Translations under genes and position numbers: made by a program
Assembly: GCA_009886115.1 (NCBI GenBank)
Contig: VFJJ01000011.1
Span: forward strand, 91,348-155,347
DNA from: Actinomycetota bacterium
GTDB taxonomy: Bacteria; Actinomycetota; Acidimicrobiia; IMCC26256; VFJJ01
Direction: 5' to 3'
DNA: 64,000 nucleotides
The notes under the pieces: generated by a model
Told to the model about the DNA's origin: nothing
The model's input: only the letters and a program-made list of their open reading frames with translations
Databases searched by the model: none
In this document: in pieces, positions 55,641 to 64,000 of the stretch
Layout of the letters: each line of letters opens with the position of its first letter
How positions within the stretch are numbered: the first letter of the stretch is position 1

Positions 55641-57304
55641 TGAGCGTTTCTCGCCACCAGCCTGTGACGATCCCGGACGTGGTGCGCGACGCCGCCCGCC
55701 GTTGGCCCGACGGTGAGGCGCTCGTCGTGGGGGAGCGGCGCTGGACCTTCACCGAGCTCGCCGGCGAGGTCGACCGGCATGCGGCGACGCTCGTGCGCGA
55801 CGGCATCTCGACGGGTGATCGTGTCGCTCTCTGGGCGCCGAGCTCGGCCGAGTGGATCATCACCGCGCTCGGTGTGCTCGCAGCCGGCGCCACGGTCGTG
55901 CCGCTCAACACGCGCTACAAGGGGGTCGAGGCGACCGACATCCTGAACCGGTCGCGAGCCAGGATCCTGTTCACCAGCATGGGCTTTCTCGGTCTCGACT
56001 TCCCGCAGGCCCTGGCCGACACCGGCATCGCGCTCCCGACGCTCGAGCGCATGGTGCTCCTCGGCGTCGACGCCATGGCGGTCTTCGACACGACGGTGTC
56101 GGGAGCGCTCCCGAACGTGGGGCCCGACGACATCAGCCATGTCCAGTACACCAGCGGCACCACCGGCGCTCCGAAGGGGGCGATGCTGCGCCATCGGGCG
56201 ATGGTCGACACGACCCGCATCTGGACCGACGCCGTCGGCCTCGGTCCCGGCGATCGCTACCTCATCTCGAGCCCGTTCTTCCACATTGCCGGGCACAAGA
56301 CGGGCATCCTGGCGTGCATCACCGCCGGGGCGACCATGGTGCCGGTGCCGCTCTTCGACGCCGACACCGCCCTCGAGCTCATCGAGCGCGAGCGGATCAC
56401 CGTGATGCAGGGGCCGCCGACGATCTTCCATTCGCTGCTCGCCCATCCCGATCGCGGTCGGTTCGATCTCAAAAGCCTGCGGCTGTGCGTGACGGGCGCC
56501 GCCACCGTGCCTGTCGAGCTGATCCGACGCATCCGTGCCGAGCTGCCCTTCGAGAGCGTGATCACGAGCTACGGGCTCACCGAGACGACAGGCGTCGCCA
56601 CGATCTGCTCCGCCGACGATCCGCCGGAGGTCATCGCCCACACCTCGGGGCGGCCCATCCCCGGTGTCGAGGTGCGCATAGCAGCGATGGACCCCACTCG
56701 AGTCGACGGGCCCCGTACCGGCACCGGCCGCGTCGACGGGCCCAGCTCCGGCGACGCCGAGCGCACCGGTGAGATCCTGGTGCGGGGCATCGGGACCATG
56801 GCGGGCTACCTCGACGATCCCGCGGGTACGGCCGAGACCATCGACACCGAGGGTTGGGTCCACACCGGCGACGTGGGCCGCCTCGACCAGCAGGGCAACC
56901 TGGTGATCACCGATCGGCTCAAGGACATGGTGATCGTCGGCGGGTTCAACGTGTACCCGGCCGAGGTCGAGAACCTGATGCTGGCCCACCCGGCGCTGGC
57001 CCAGGTGGCGGTCGTCGGTGTCGCCGACGAGCGTCTGGGTGAGGTCACCGTGGCGTACGCGGTGCTGCGCTCCGACGGTGTCGGCGGTGTCGACGGTGCC
57101 GACGACCCGGGGGGTCCGGAGGGTCCGAGCTCGACGGCGGAGGAGCTCGTGGCGTGGTGCCGAGCGCACATGGCGAACTTCAAGGCTCCCCGCCAGGTCG
57201 TGCTGGTCGAGGGCCTGCCCACCAACGCTGCCGGCAAGGTCGACAAGCTGGTCCTGCGTGAACGAGCGCGGCGAGGCACCGCGCCGGGCAGAATGCCGTC
57301 ATGA
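55640..57304 (+). CDS. acyl-CoA synthetase (FadD3-like)
   Basis: YTSGTTGAPKG, SYGLTE, HTGD, GGFNVYPAEVE, NAAGK; start may be 55664. Confidence 0.92.
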   Translation: MSVSRHQPVTIPDVVRDAARRWPDGEALVVGERRWTFTELAGEVDRHAATLVRDGISTGDRVALWAPSSAEWIITALGVLAAGATVVPLNTRYKGVEATDILNRSRARILFTSMGFLGLDFPQALADTGIALPTLERMVLLGVDAMAVFDTTVSGALPNVGPDDISHVQYTSGTTGAPKGAMLRHRAMVDTTRIWTDAVGLGPGDRYLISSPFFHIAGHKTGILACITAGATMVPVPLFDADTALELIERERITVMQGPPTIFHSLLAHPDRGRFDLKSLRLCVTGAATVPVELIRRIRAELPFESVITSYGLTETTGVATICSADDPPEVIAHTSGRPIPGVEVRIAAMDPTRVDGPRTGTGRVDGPSSGDAERTGEILVRGIGTMAGYLDDPAGTAETIDTEGWVHTGDVGRLDQQGNLVITDRLKDMVIVGGFNVYPAEVENLMLAHPALAQVAVVGVADERLGEVTVAYAVLRSDGVGGVDGADDPGGPEGPSSTAEELVAWCRAHMANFKAPRQVVLVEGLPTNAAGKVDKLVLRERARRGTAPGRMPS

Positions 57305-59013
57305 CCCGACTGACGATCGTCAACCCCATCGCCCGGCCCCTCGCTTCGACCCAGGAAGCCGAGCGCTACGAGCCCGCACCCCGCCCGGGCACCCTCGATG
57401 GCCTCACCGTCGGACTGTTCTGGAACGGCAAGCCCCTGGGCGACATCGGGCTCGCTCGCACCCGCGAGAACCTCGAGCGGCTCTACACCGGGCTGCGGTT
57501 CGTCGACGTGTTCGGGGCCAAGGGCGGGCTCACCCGCTTCGCCAGCCCCGAGCAGCTCGACCTCATGGAAGCCGAGTGCGACGTCGTGGTGGGTGCCACC
57601 GCCGATTGAGGCGCGTGCACCTCGTGGCTCATGCGTGACATGAGCGCGCTGGAACGCCGAGGCGTTCCCACCGTTGCCTGGACGTCGTCGGAGTTCGTCG
57701 AGGACGCCCATTGGAGCTCGAACGTCTTCGGCGTCCCCGAGCTGCCCATCGCCGAGGTCACCCAACCCTTCACCAACCGCGACCCGGCGACCATTAACGC
57801 CATGGTCGACGGGGCCATGAACCAGGTGCTCGACGCGCTCACCCGGGGACGTGAGCGGCTCACCGCCGTGCCTGTCTTCCAACACGTGAACCTGGTCGAG
57901 GATCCCGTGTTGCACTACGACGGCGACGACCTGCTCGGCGCCTGGGACCGGATGAACGTCGAGTTCATCGCGGCGGGCTGGTCCGACGGGTTGCCGCTCG
58001 TCGCCCCGACACCCGAGAAGGTCGCCGCCATGGTCGCGGGGAGCGGGCGGGCCGCCGACGACCTGGTCGGGATCTTCGCGCCGGGCGACGGCATCGGGAC
58101 GGTCGAGAAGATCGCGGCAAACGCGGTGATGGCCGGCGCCAGCCCGACCCACATGCCGGTGATCCTGGCGATGATGGACTGCGTTCTCGATCCCACGATC
58201 GGCTTGCGCACCTGGGCCATGTCGACCGGTCCGCAAGCGCCCGTGGTGTTGGTGAGCGGACCGTACGCCGAGGCGATCGGGATGAACTCCGGCATCTGCG
58301 CGCTCGGCCCGGGCTCGATCTCGCACGTCAACGTGGTGATCGGGCGCACGCTCCGCCTCGTGATGATGAACGTCGGCCATTCCTATCCCGGCGTCTCCGA
58401 CATGGACACCATCGGGAACTCCATGAAGTTCTCGGCCTGCGTCGCCGAGAACGAAGCCCGCAACCCCTGGGAGCCGTGGCGGGTGCAACAGGGCTTCTCA
58501 GCGGAGGCGACGACCGTCACGGTCAACGTGCCCTACGGCGTCTGCGAGCTGTTCGACTTCCAGAACTGGGAGCCCGACAAGCTCGTCGAGAACTTCGCCA
58601 CCGTGGCCTCCAACGCCTGTGCCACACCCAGCAACGGCGTCTGGCTGGTGAAGACGCCGGCCGACCTGTCGGCGGGGTACCCGTTCAGTGGCGACTTCCA
58701 CAACCTCATCCTCATGTGCCCTGAGCACGCCGAGGCCTTCGCTGTGGGGGGCTGGTCGCCCACCGACATCGCCGAGGGCCTGTGGGAGCGGGCGCGCCTG
58801 CCGTTCCGGGTGCTCATGCTCAACCAGCCCATGAAGAGCTTCGAGGTGTCGCACCCCGAGCTGTTGCACCTGATCGACGAGCCCGAGACGATGCTGCCGG
58901 TGTGCCCGACGGCCAAGGCGTATCAGGTGTTCGTGGTCGGCGCCGATGCCGGACGGTCACTGTTCTTCCACGGCGGCACGATCTCGGTCACCAAGGAGGT
59001 CCGCCTGCCGTGA
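57301..59013 (+). CDS. predicted selenoprotein, 570 aa, UGSC-type domain (U103-G-A-C106) fused to an uncharacterised C-terminal domain
   Basis: ORFs 57301-57609 and 57631-59013 are in frame, separated only by TGA 57607-57609; read-through gives GATAD-U-GACTSW...LERRGVPTV; hairpin just downstream. Confidence 0.85.
57610..57650 (+). promoter_or_regulatory. candidate bacterial SECIS element
   Basis: Stem GCTCATG (57627-33) / CATGAGC (57639-45), loop CGTGA starting 24 nt after the TGA; possible lower stem GGCGC/GCGCT. Confidence 0.65.
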
Positions 59014-59840
59014 TGGTGGTCGCCGCCGACGGTGACACCCGACGCGGGCCGTTCGTCTTCTCTGTCGAGCAGCGGTGGTGCACCGGCGATCGTCTCTTCG
59101 GCGGCGTCGCGTTCGGTGCCGCTCTGGCCGCGCTCGAGCTCGCCGTCGAACGGCCCACCATCTCGGCGGCAGCCCAGTTCGTGAACACCGGCCGCCTGGG
59201 TGAACCCCTGACGATCGCCACCGAGGTGCTCGTCGCCGGGACGGGCGCGACCCAAGCCCGGGCCAGCGCGGTGCAGGGGTCGGTCACCGTGGCGCTGGTC
59301 TCGGCGACCCTCGGCGCGCTGGGCCCTTCCGGGTCGGTCGACCCGCCCGACCCGCCCGACCCGCCCGACCCGCCCGACCCGGGAGCAACCTGGGGCGCCG
59401 GGGAACGCTCCCGTGGCGCCCCGGTGGTCGCCAACCCGGAGCAGTGCAGGCCGCGCGAGTACCAGAACCCGCTTGCCGGCTCCATCACCGAGACGCTCGA
59501 CGTGCGGGTGGCCGGGGTGACCCCGTCCACCGTGGTGCTGTGGGCCCGATGGGTCGAGGCCACCGCGTCGTCCGGACCGGCCTCGGCGCTGGCCCTCCTC
59601 AGCGACCATGTGCCGTATGGGGTTCGCCTGGTTCAGGGCCCCGAGTTGTACGGGGTGAGCCTCGACGCGACGCTGCGGATGCTGCCGGCGGCTGCGGCGT
59701 GGGAACCGTCGGCCTGGGTGCTGCTCGAGATCACCTACGACATGCTCGGGGCGTACGGCCACGGCACCGTGTGGCTCTGGGACCTCGACGGACGACCGCT
59801 GGCGATCTCCACCCAGACCGTCCGCATCCGCCACTGGTAG
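59013..59840 (+). CDS. acyl-CoA thioesterase (TesB-like double hotdog)
   Basis: LFGG, SLD..LR, G.LWD.DG..LA.STQ; overlaps selenoprotein stop; internal DPP tandem repeat. Confidence 0.8.
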   Translation: MVVAADGDTRRGPFVFSVEQRWCTGDRLFGGVAFGAALAALELAVERPTISAAAQFVNTGRLGEPLTIATEVLVAGTGATQARASAVQGSVTVALVSATLGALGPSGSVDPPDPPDPPDPPDPGATWGAGERSRGAPVVANPEQCRPREYQNPLAGSITETLDVRVAGVTPSTVVLWARWVEATASSGPASALALLSDHVPYGVRLVQGPELYGVSLDATLRMLPAAAAWEPSAWVLLEITYDMLGAYGHGTVWLWDLDGRPLAISTQTVRIRHW

Positions 59841-59891
59841 GGGCGCGCTCCCAGACCGGGCGGGAACGCGCCGTGCCTCCTGAAACGACGG

Positions 59892-60347
59892 TCAGACGTC
59901 GAACTCGTTCGGGTCGATGCCGCAGGCGAAGCACGCCTCACGCACCGCCTTCTTTTCGTGGTCGTCGAAGTTGCCGTCGGCCGCACCGATGATGATGCCG
60001 ATCTGAATGACCGCTCGGGCCTGATCGGGCTTCTTCTTCAACTTGCCGATGGCTTGGAGAACGTCGATCTTGCCGAAGTCGTAGTCGCGTTCGAGCTTCA
60101 GGCAGTAGTCGGCGAACTTCGTTCGGAGCTCGTCGGGCGGGAAGATGGCGAGGATCTCGTTCGACGCGATGTACGAGGCGGTCTTCTGCCGCTCTGACGG
60201 GTCGATTGAGCCGTCGGCCGCAGCGACCAGCGCGCACATGGCCATGGAAGCGTCCGAGAAGTTGCCGTTCTTGAACGTGTGGGCTTTGGTCTTGAGCTGA
60301 GCGCTCATCTCGCCGCTCTTTGTCTTCAACTGGTCCCAAATCGGCAC
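59892..60347 (-). CDS. terB: TerB-family tellurite resistance protein
   Basis: ALVAAADGSIDPSE, IGAADGNFD..EK; GTG after AAGGAG. Confidence 0.85.
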   Translation of the reverse strand: MPIWDQLKTKSGEMSAQLKTKAHTFKNGNFSDASMAMCALVAAADGSIDPSERQKTASYIASNEILAIFPPDELRTKFADYCLKLERDYDFGKIDVLQAIGKLKKKPDQARAVIQIGIIIGAADGNFDDHEKKAVREACFACGIDPNEFDV

Positions 60348-60569
60348 GTATTTCTCCTTGAGCGAGCGAGGGCCTGAGCAACGCAGCGAGAACTCTCGGT
60401 ATCCGTCGAGCCATGTCCTGTGGACATCTGCACCTGCAGCGGATTGATCGGATCGCCGAGTCAACGGGGTGGCCCGACATTAGCAGTCGATCACCCCGGT
60501 ACCCCGGTGTCGACGACGACCGGACGCAACCGCCGCACCGGCGGCGGCGTCGACGGTTCGCGACGGCGC

Positions 60570-61025
60570 TCAGAACAGGTAACGCGAGATCGACTCGATC
60601 ACGCACGCCGGCTTGTCGGAGCCGTCGATCTCCATGGTGTCGCGGCAGACCACCTGCACACCCCCGGCCACGTCGGTCACCTCGATGATCTCGAGGGCCA
60701 GCCGGACCCGCGAGTTCACCTTCACGGGGGTGAGGAACCGCACCTTGTTCACGCCGTAGTTGATGGCCAGCTTGGTGTTGTCGACCCGGAGCAGCTCGGT
60801 GCGGACCATGTTGGTGAGCGACATCGTGAGGTACCCGTGGGCGATCGTCGCCCCGAACGGTCCAGCAGCTGCCCGCTCGGCATCGATGTGGATCCACTGG
60901 AAGTCGCCCGTGGCCCGGGCGAACTCGTCGATGCGGTCCTGGGTGATGTCGATCCAGCTGCTGTGGCCGAGGTGGCTGCCCACGGCAGCCTTGAGCTCGT
61001 CGGGCGAGGAGAACGTCGTCGTCAT
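60570..61025 (-). CDS. MaoC-family dehydratase
   Basis: FARATGDFQWIHID, IAHGYLT, NYGVNKVRF. Confidence 0.92.
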   Translation of the reverse strand: MTTTFSSPDELKAAVGSHLGHSSWIDITQDRIDEFARATGDFQWIHIDAERAAAGPFGATIAHGYLTMSLTNMVRTELLRVDNTKLAINYGVNKVRFLTPVKVNSRVRLALEIIEVTDVAGGVQVVCRDTMEIDGSDKPACVIESISRYLF

Positions 61026-61092
61026 GGCCTCATCGTGACGCCCGGGGCCGGCTGCGGGCAAAGCATCGCGGGCGCGGTGTAGAAACGTTCCC

Positions 61093-62325
61093 ATGACGAG
61101 CGCACCGCCAGCCCGCCGCATCAACGTCCTCGACCCGCAGTTCTACGTCGATCCGTGGGACGACTACCGGTGGCTGCGCGACAACGCCCCGGCCTACCGC
61201 GACGAGACGAACGCGGTGTGGGCGATCAGCCGCCACCACGACATCATCGACCTCGAGAAGAACACGGCCCTGTACTCGTCAGCGAGCGGGAGCCGGCCGC
61301 ACATCTACGACTCGTCGTCGATGATCAACGCCGACGATCCGCTGCACACGAACTTCCGCAAGCTCGTCGCCCGGCGCTTCACCCCCAAGGCCGTACGCGA
61401 CCACGAGGGCTACGTGCGGGGCATCGCCACCGAGCTCATCGACCGAGTCGCCGGGCTGGGCCACTGCGAAGCCGTCGAGGATCTGGCGTCGCGCCTGCCC
61501 GCCATCGTGATCTGCGACAAGCTCGGCTATCCCCGCGACCTCTGGGAGAAGTGCCGGGAGTGGTCGGAGGTCACGATGCACGAAGCGGGTCAGTACCCGA
61601 CCGACGGCACCAAGCGGCCTCCGGGCGGTCCCGAGGGCCTGTCGAGGGCGGCGATCGACGAGTTCGCCGGGGTCACCTGGCACCTCATCCAGGAACGCCG
61701 CAAGGATCCCCGCGACGACCTCATCTCCGTGTGGTGCCACAGCGATGTCGCGTTCCCCGACGGCACCGTCCGGCCGATGAACGAGGGCGAGATCATCGCC
61801 GAGGCCATCCTCCTGCTCGATGGTGGGGCCGAGACGAGCCGCACCGTCATCGGCGCCACCATGGTCGAGCTGTCCCGGCGTCCCGACCAGCGCCAGGTGC
61901 TGATCGACGATCCCTCCGTCCTCGGGCGGACGGCCGTCGAGGAGTTCCTGCGTTTCACCTCTCCGCTGGTGAACATGAAGCGGACCGCGACCGCCGAGCA
62001 CGTGCTGCACGGCCAGAGGGTGAGCGAGGGCGACGAGTTCGTGTTGCTGTACGCCTCGGCGAATCGTGACGAGCGGGTCTTCGACGATCCCGACAGCTAC
62101 GACGTTCGGCGCCAGCACAACCACCACGTGGCGTTCGGGTTCGGGACCCACTTCTGCCTCGGCGCATCGTTGGCCCGCTTGGAGATCAGGGTCATGTTCG
62201 AGGAGCTGCTCCGGCGCATCCCCGACTGGCGCATCGCCCCCGGGGCCGAGCCCGAGATCGTGCCCGGATCGTTCGCCCGGTACTACGACCGCATCCCCAT
62301 CGAGTTCACACCCGAGCGGAGCTGA
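61093..62325 (+). CDS. cytochrome P450 (CYP142-like)
   Basis: GGAETS, EEFLR, FGFGTHFCLG. Confidence 0.93.
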   Translation: MTSAPPARRINVLDPQFYVDPWDDYRWLRDNAPAYRDETNAVWAISRHHDIIDLEKNTALYSSASGSRPHIYDSSSMINADDPLHTNFRKLVARRFTPKAVRDHEGYVRGIATELIDRVAGLGHCEAVEDLASRLPAIVICDKLGYPRDLWEKCREWSEVTMHEAGQYPTDGTKRPPGGPEGLSRAAIDEFAGVTWHLIQERRKDPRDDLISVWCHSDVAFPDGTVRPMNEGEIIAEAILLLDGGAETSRTVIGATMVELSRRPDQRQVLIDDPSVLGRTAVEEFLRFTSPLVNMKRTATAEHVLHGQRVSEGDEFVLLYASANRDERVFDDPDSYDVRRQHNHHVAFGFGTHFCLGASLARLEIRVMFEELLRRIPDWRIAPGAEPEIVPGSFARYYDRIPIEFTPERS

Positions 62326-62332
62326 TGGGGTC

Positions 62333-63088
62333 ATGATCCGCGTCGAGCCCGAGGGCGCCGTCACCTGGATGACCATCGACCGGCCCGAGGTCCACAATGC
62401 CTTGACCCTCGAGGGGTACGCCGATCTGCGGGGAGCGCTTCGCGAGTTCGATGCCGATGAGCGTCGGCGCGTCGCCGTGGTGCTCGGCGCGGGCGGTCGA
62501 GCGTTCTCCACCGGCTCCGACATGAAGGGATCGTCGTGGCATCCGGCCGAGGGTGAGCCGTTGCGCGTCACCGAAGATCCCGACGGCGACCTCACCCGCA
62601 AGCCGGTCATCGCTGCGATCGACGGGTACTGCCTGGGCGGCGGCCTGGAATGGGCCCTCCGGTGCGACATCCGCATCGCGACGCCCCGATCGTCGTTCAG
62701 CCTGCCCGAACCGCGCTGGGGCGCTCTGGCCGGATACGGCCTCCATCATCTCCCCCGTTTGATCGGGCCCGGCGACGCGTTGTACCTGCAACTCACGGGC
62801 GATCGGATCGACGCCGAGCGGGCCCTGCGCCACGGCATCGTCCAGGAGCTCGTCGAGCCCGACCGGCTCCGGGCGCGGGCCTCGGAGATCGCCGCGATGA
62901 TCGTGCGCTGCTCGCCGATGGCCATCGAGGCCATCAAGCAGACCATCTGGTTCAACGTGCGCCAGGGCGTCGAGGACTCCTACCGGTTCGTGGCGCCGCT
63001 GGCCCTGGCCATCGGCCGATCGGAGGACGTGCGCGAAGGCCCGAGGGCCTTCGTCGACAAGCGTGAGCCGCGCTGGAAGGGTCGCTGA
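62333..63088 (+). CDS. enoyl-CoA hydratase/isomerase
   Basis: AFSTGSD, KPVIAAIDGYCLGGGLE, LPE. Confidence 0.92.
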   Translation: MIRVEPEGAVTWMTIDRPEVHNALTLEGYADLRGALREFDADERRRVAVVLGAGGRAFSTGSDMKGSSWHPAEGEPLRVTEDPDGDLTRKPVIAAIDGYCLGGGLEWALRCDIRIATPRSSFSLPEPRWGALAGYGLHHLPRLIGPGDALYLQLTGDRIDAERALRHGIVQELVEPDRLRARASEIAAMIVRCSPMAIEAIKQTIWFNVRQGVEDSYRFVAPLALAIGRSEDVREGPRAFVDKREPRWKGR

Positions 63089-63091
63089 GTA

Positions 63092-63940
63092 TTGGGGTCA
63101 CTGACGTTCCGGGCATTGTCGCCTGCGCTCGGCGCCGAGGTGATCGGGCTCGACCTGATGCGCGGGGAGCTCCGTCCCGAGGAGGTCGCGGCGCTGCGCG
63201 GGGCGTTCGCCGAGCATCACCTCCTCCTGGTCCGAGCCGGTCCCGTCAGCGTCGAGGGTCAGCTCCGCCTGCTCGGGCTGTTCGGACCGGTGCTCGTGAA
63301 CGCCGGAGTCGACCACGCGTTCGTCTCGAACACCCGACCCGACGGCATCATCGGAACGGGCGAGCTGCGCTTCCACTCCGACCTGGCCTTCACCGCCGAG
63401 CCCGATCTGGGACTGTCGCTCTACGGGGTCGAGCTTCCCGGCGGGGGAACCACGACGAGGTTCGCCAATGCGGCCAAGGCTTTGCGTGATCTCGATCCGT
63501 CGACTCGGAGCCGCCTCCAGGGTCTGAGGGCGCGCCACGCTTTCGACCTGACCACGCAACACGGCCACGGGCGAGCGCTCGATACACCGGTTCCCGAGAC
63601 CGGATATCGCGCTGAGCACCCGATCGTGTCGATCGATCCCACGATGGGGACCGAAGTGCTGTACGTGAGCGAGATGCAGACCGAGGGCGTCCTCGGGCTC
63701 GACGAGGTCGAGGGTCGACGCCTGTTGGAGCTGCTGTTCGCGGCTCTCTACTCGCCGGGCAACGTCTACGAGCACCCGTGGGAGCTCGACGACCTTCTCG
63801 TATGGAACAACATCACCCTCCAGCACGCCCGCGGCCCGATGGCGGTGGGGGAGGCCAGGACGCTCCGGCGGGCGACCCTGGCCCATCGGCCGATCGATCA
63901 GATCCTCACCGGTTTCACGCCCCGCACACGGGCCGTGTGA
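63092..63940 (+). CDS. TauD/TfdA-family 2-oxoglutarate/Fe(II) dioxygenase
   Basis: LGAEV.G.DL, HSD, HP+V, WNN...HAR. Confidence 0.9.
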   Translation: MGSLTFRALSPALGAEVIGLDLMRGELRPEEVAALRGAFAEHHLLLVRAGPVSVEGQLRLLGLFGPVLVNAGVDHAFVSNTRPDGIIGTGELRFHSDLAFTAEPDLGLSLYGVELPGGGTTTRFANAAKALRDLDPSTRSRLQGLRARHAFDLTTQHGHGRALDTPVPETGYRAEHPIVSIDPTMGTEVLYVSEMQTEGVLGLDEVEGRRLLELLFAALYSPGNVYEHPWELDDLLVWNNITLQHARGPMAVGEARTLRRATLAHRPIDQILTGFTPRTRAV

Positions 63941-64000
63941 TGTCTCGCGCCGGCAGAGCCGTCCGGCCCACGCCGAGCGTCGACGGGTGATCGAGCGTCA

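Noticed and set aside
57301..57609. Stand-alone 102-aa protein followed by a separate 460-aa protein
   Set aside because: In-frame continuity, the UxxC motif and the hairpin favour a single recoded gene.

Overview
A high-GC actinobacterial chromosome segment; gene content and the GYW-repeat surface proteins suggest Acidimicrobiia (inference). 1-25.4 kb is mostly housekeeping: hisI-trpE-ygfZ-trpC-trpF-trpB-trpA, ornithine decarboxylase, truncated haemoglobin, MFS, bcp, a Ser/Thr kinase and a complete FAS-II cluster (fabD, lysine-less BCCP-like gene, fabH, fabG, acpP, fabF, carboxyltransferase, fabI, divergent fabZ). tRNA-Leu(CAA) at 25513-25596 anchors a decayed ~6 kb island ending in a tRNA 3'-half repeat at 31595-31649. 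It carries a TA-like pair, an ECF sigma/partner cassette between 32-bp repeats, an MNT gene and several gene remnants, but no integrase. 31.9-64 kb is accessory: surface proteins, an FkbM methyltransferase, a second ECF pair, a ComD/ComE-like decarboxylase with a diiron protein and Fe-ADH, a Mo-hydroxylase, an amidohydrolase, three P450s, acyl-CoA enzymes and a TauD dioxygenase. The strongest finding is a hidden 570-aa selenoprotein (57301-59013): an in-frame TGA gives a U-G-A-C motif followed by a SECIS-like hairpin, and the gene overlaps an acyl-CoA synthetase upstream and a thioesterase downstream. All family calls are motif recognition by eye; no searches were run.
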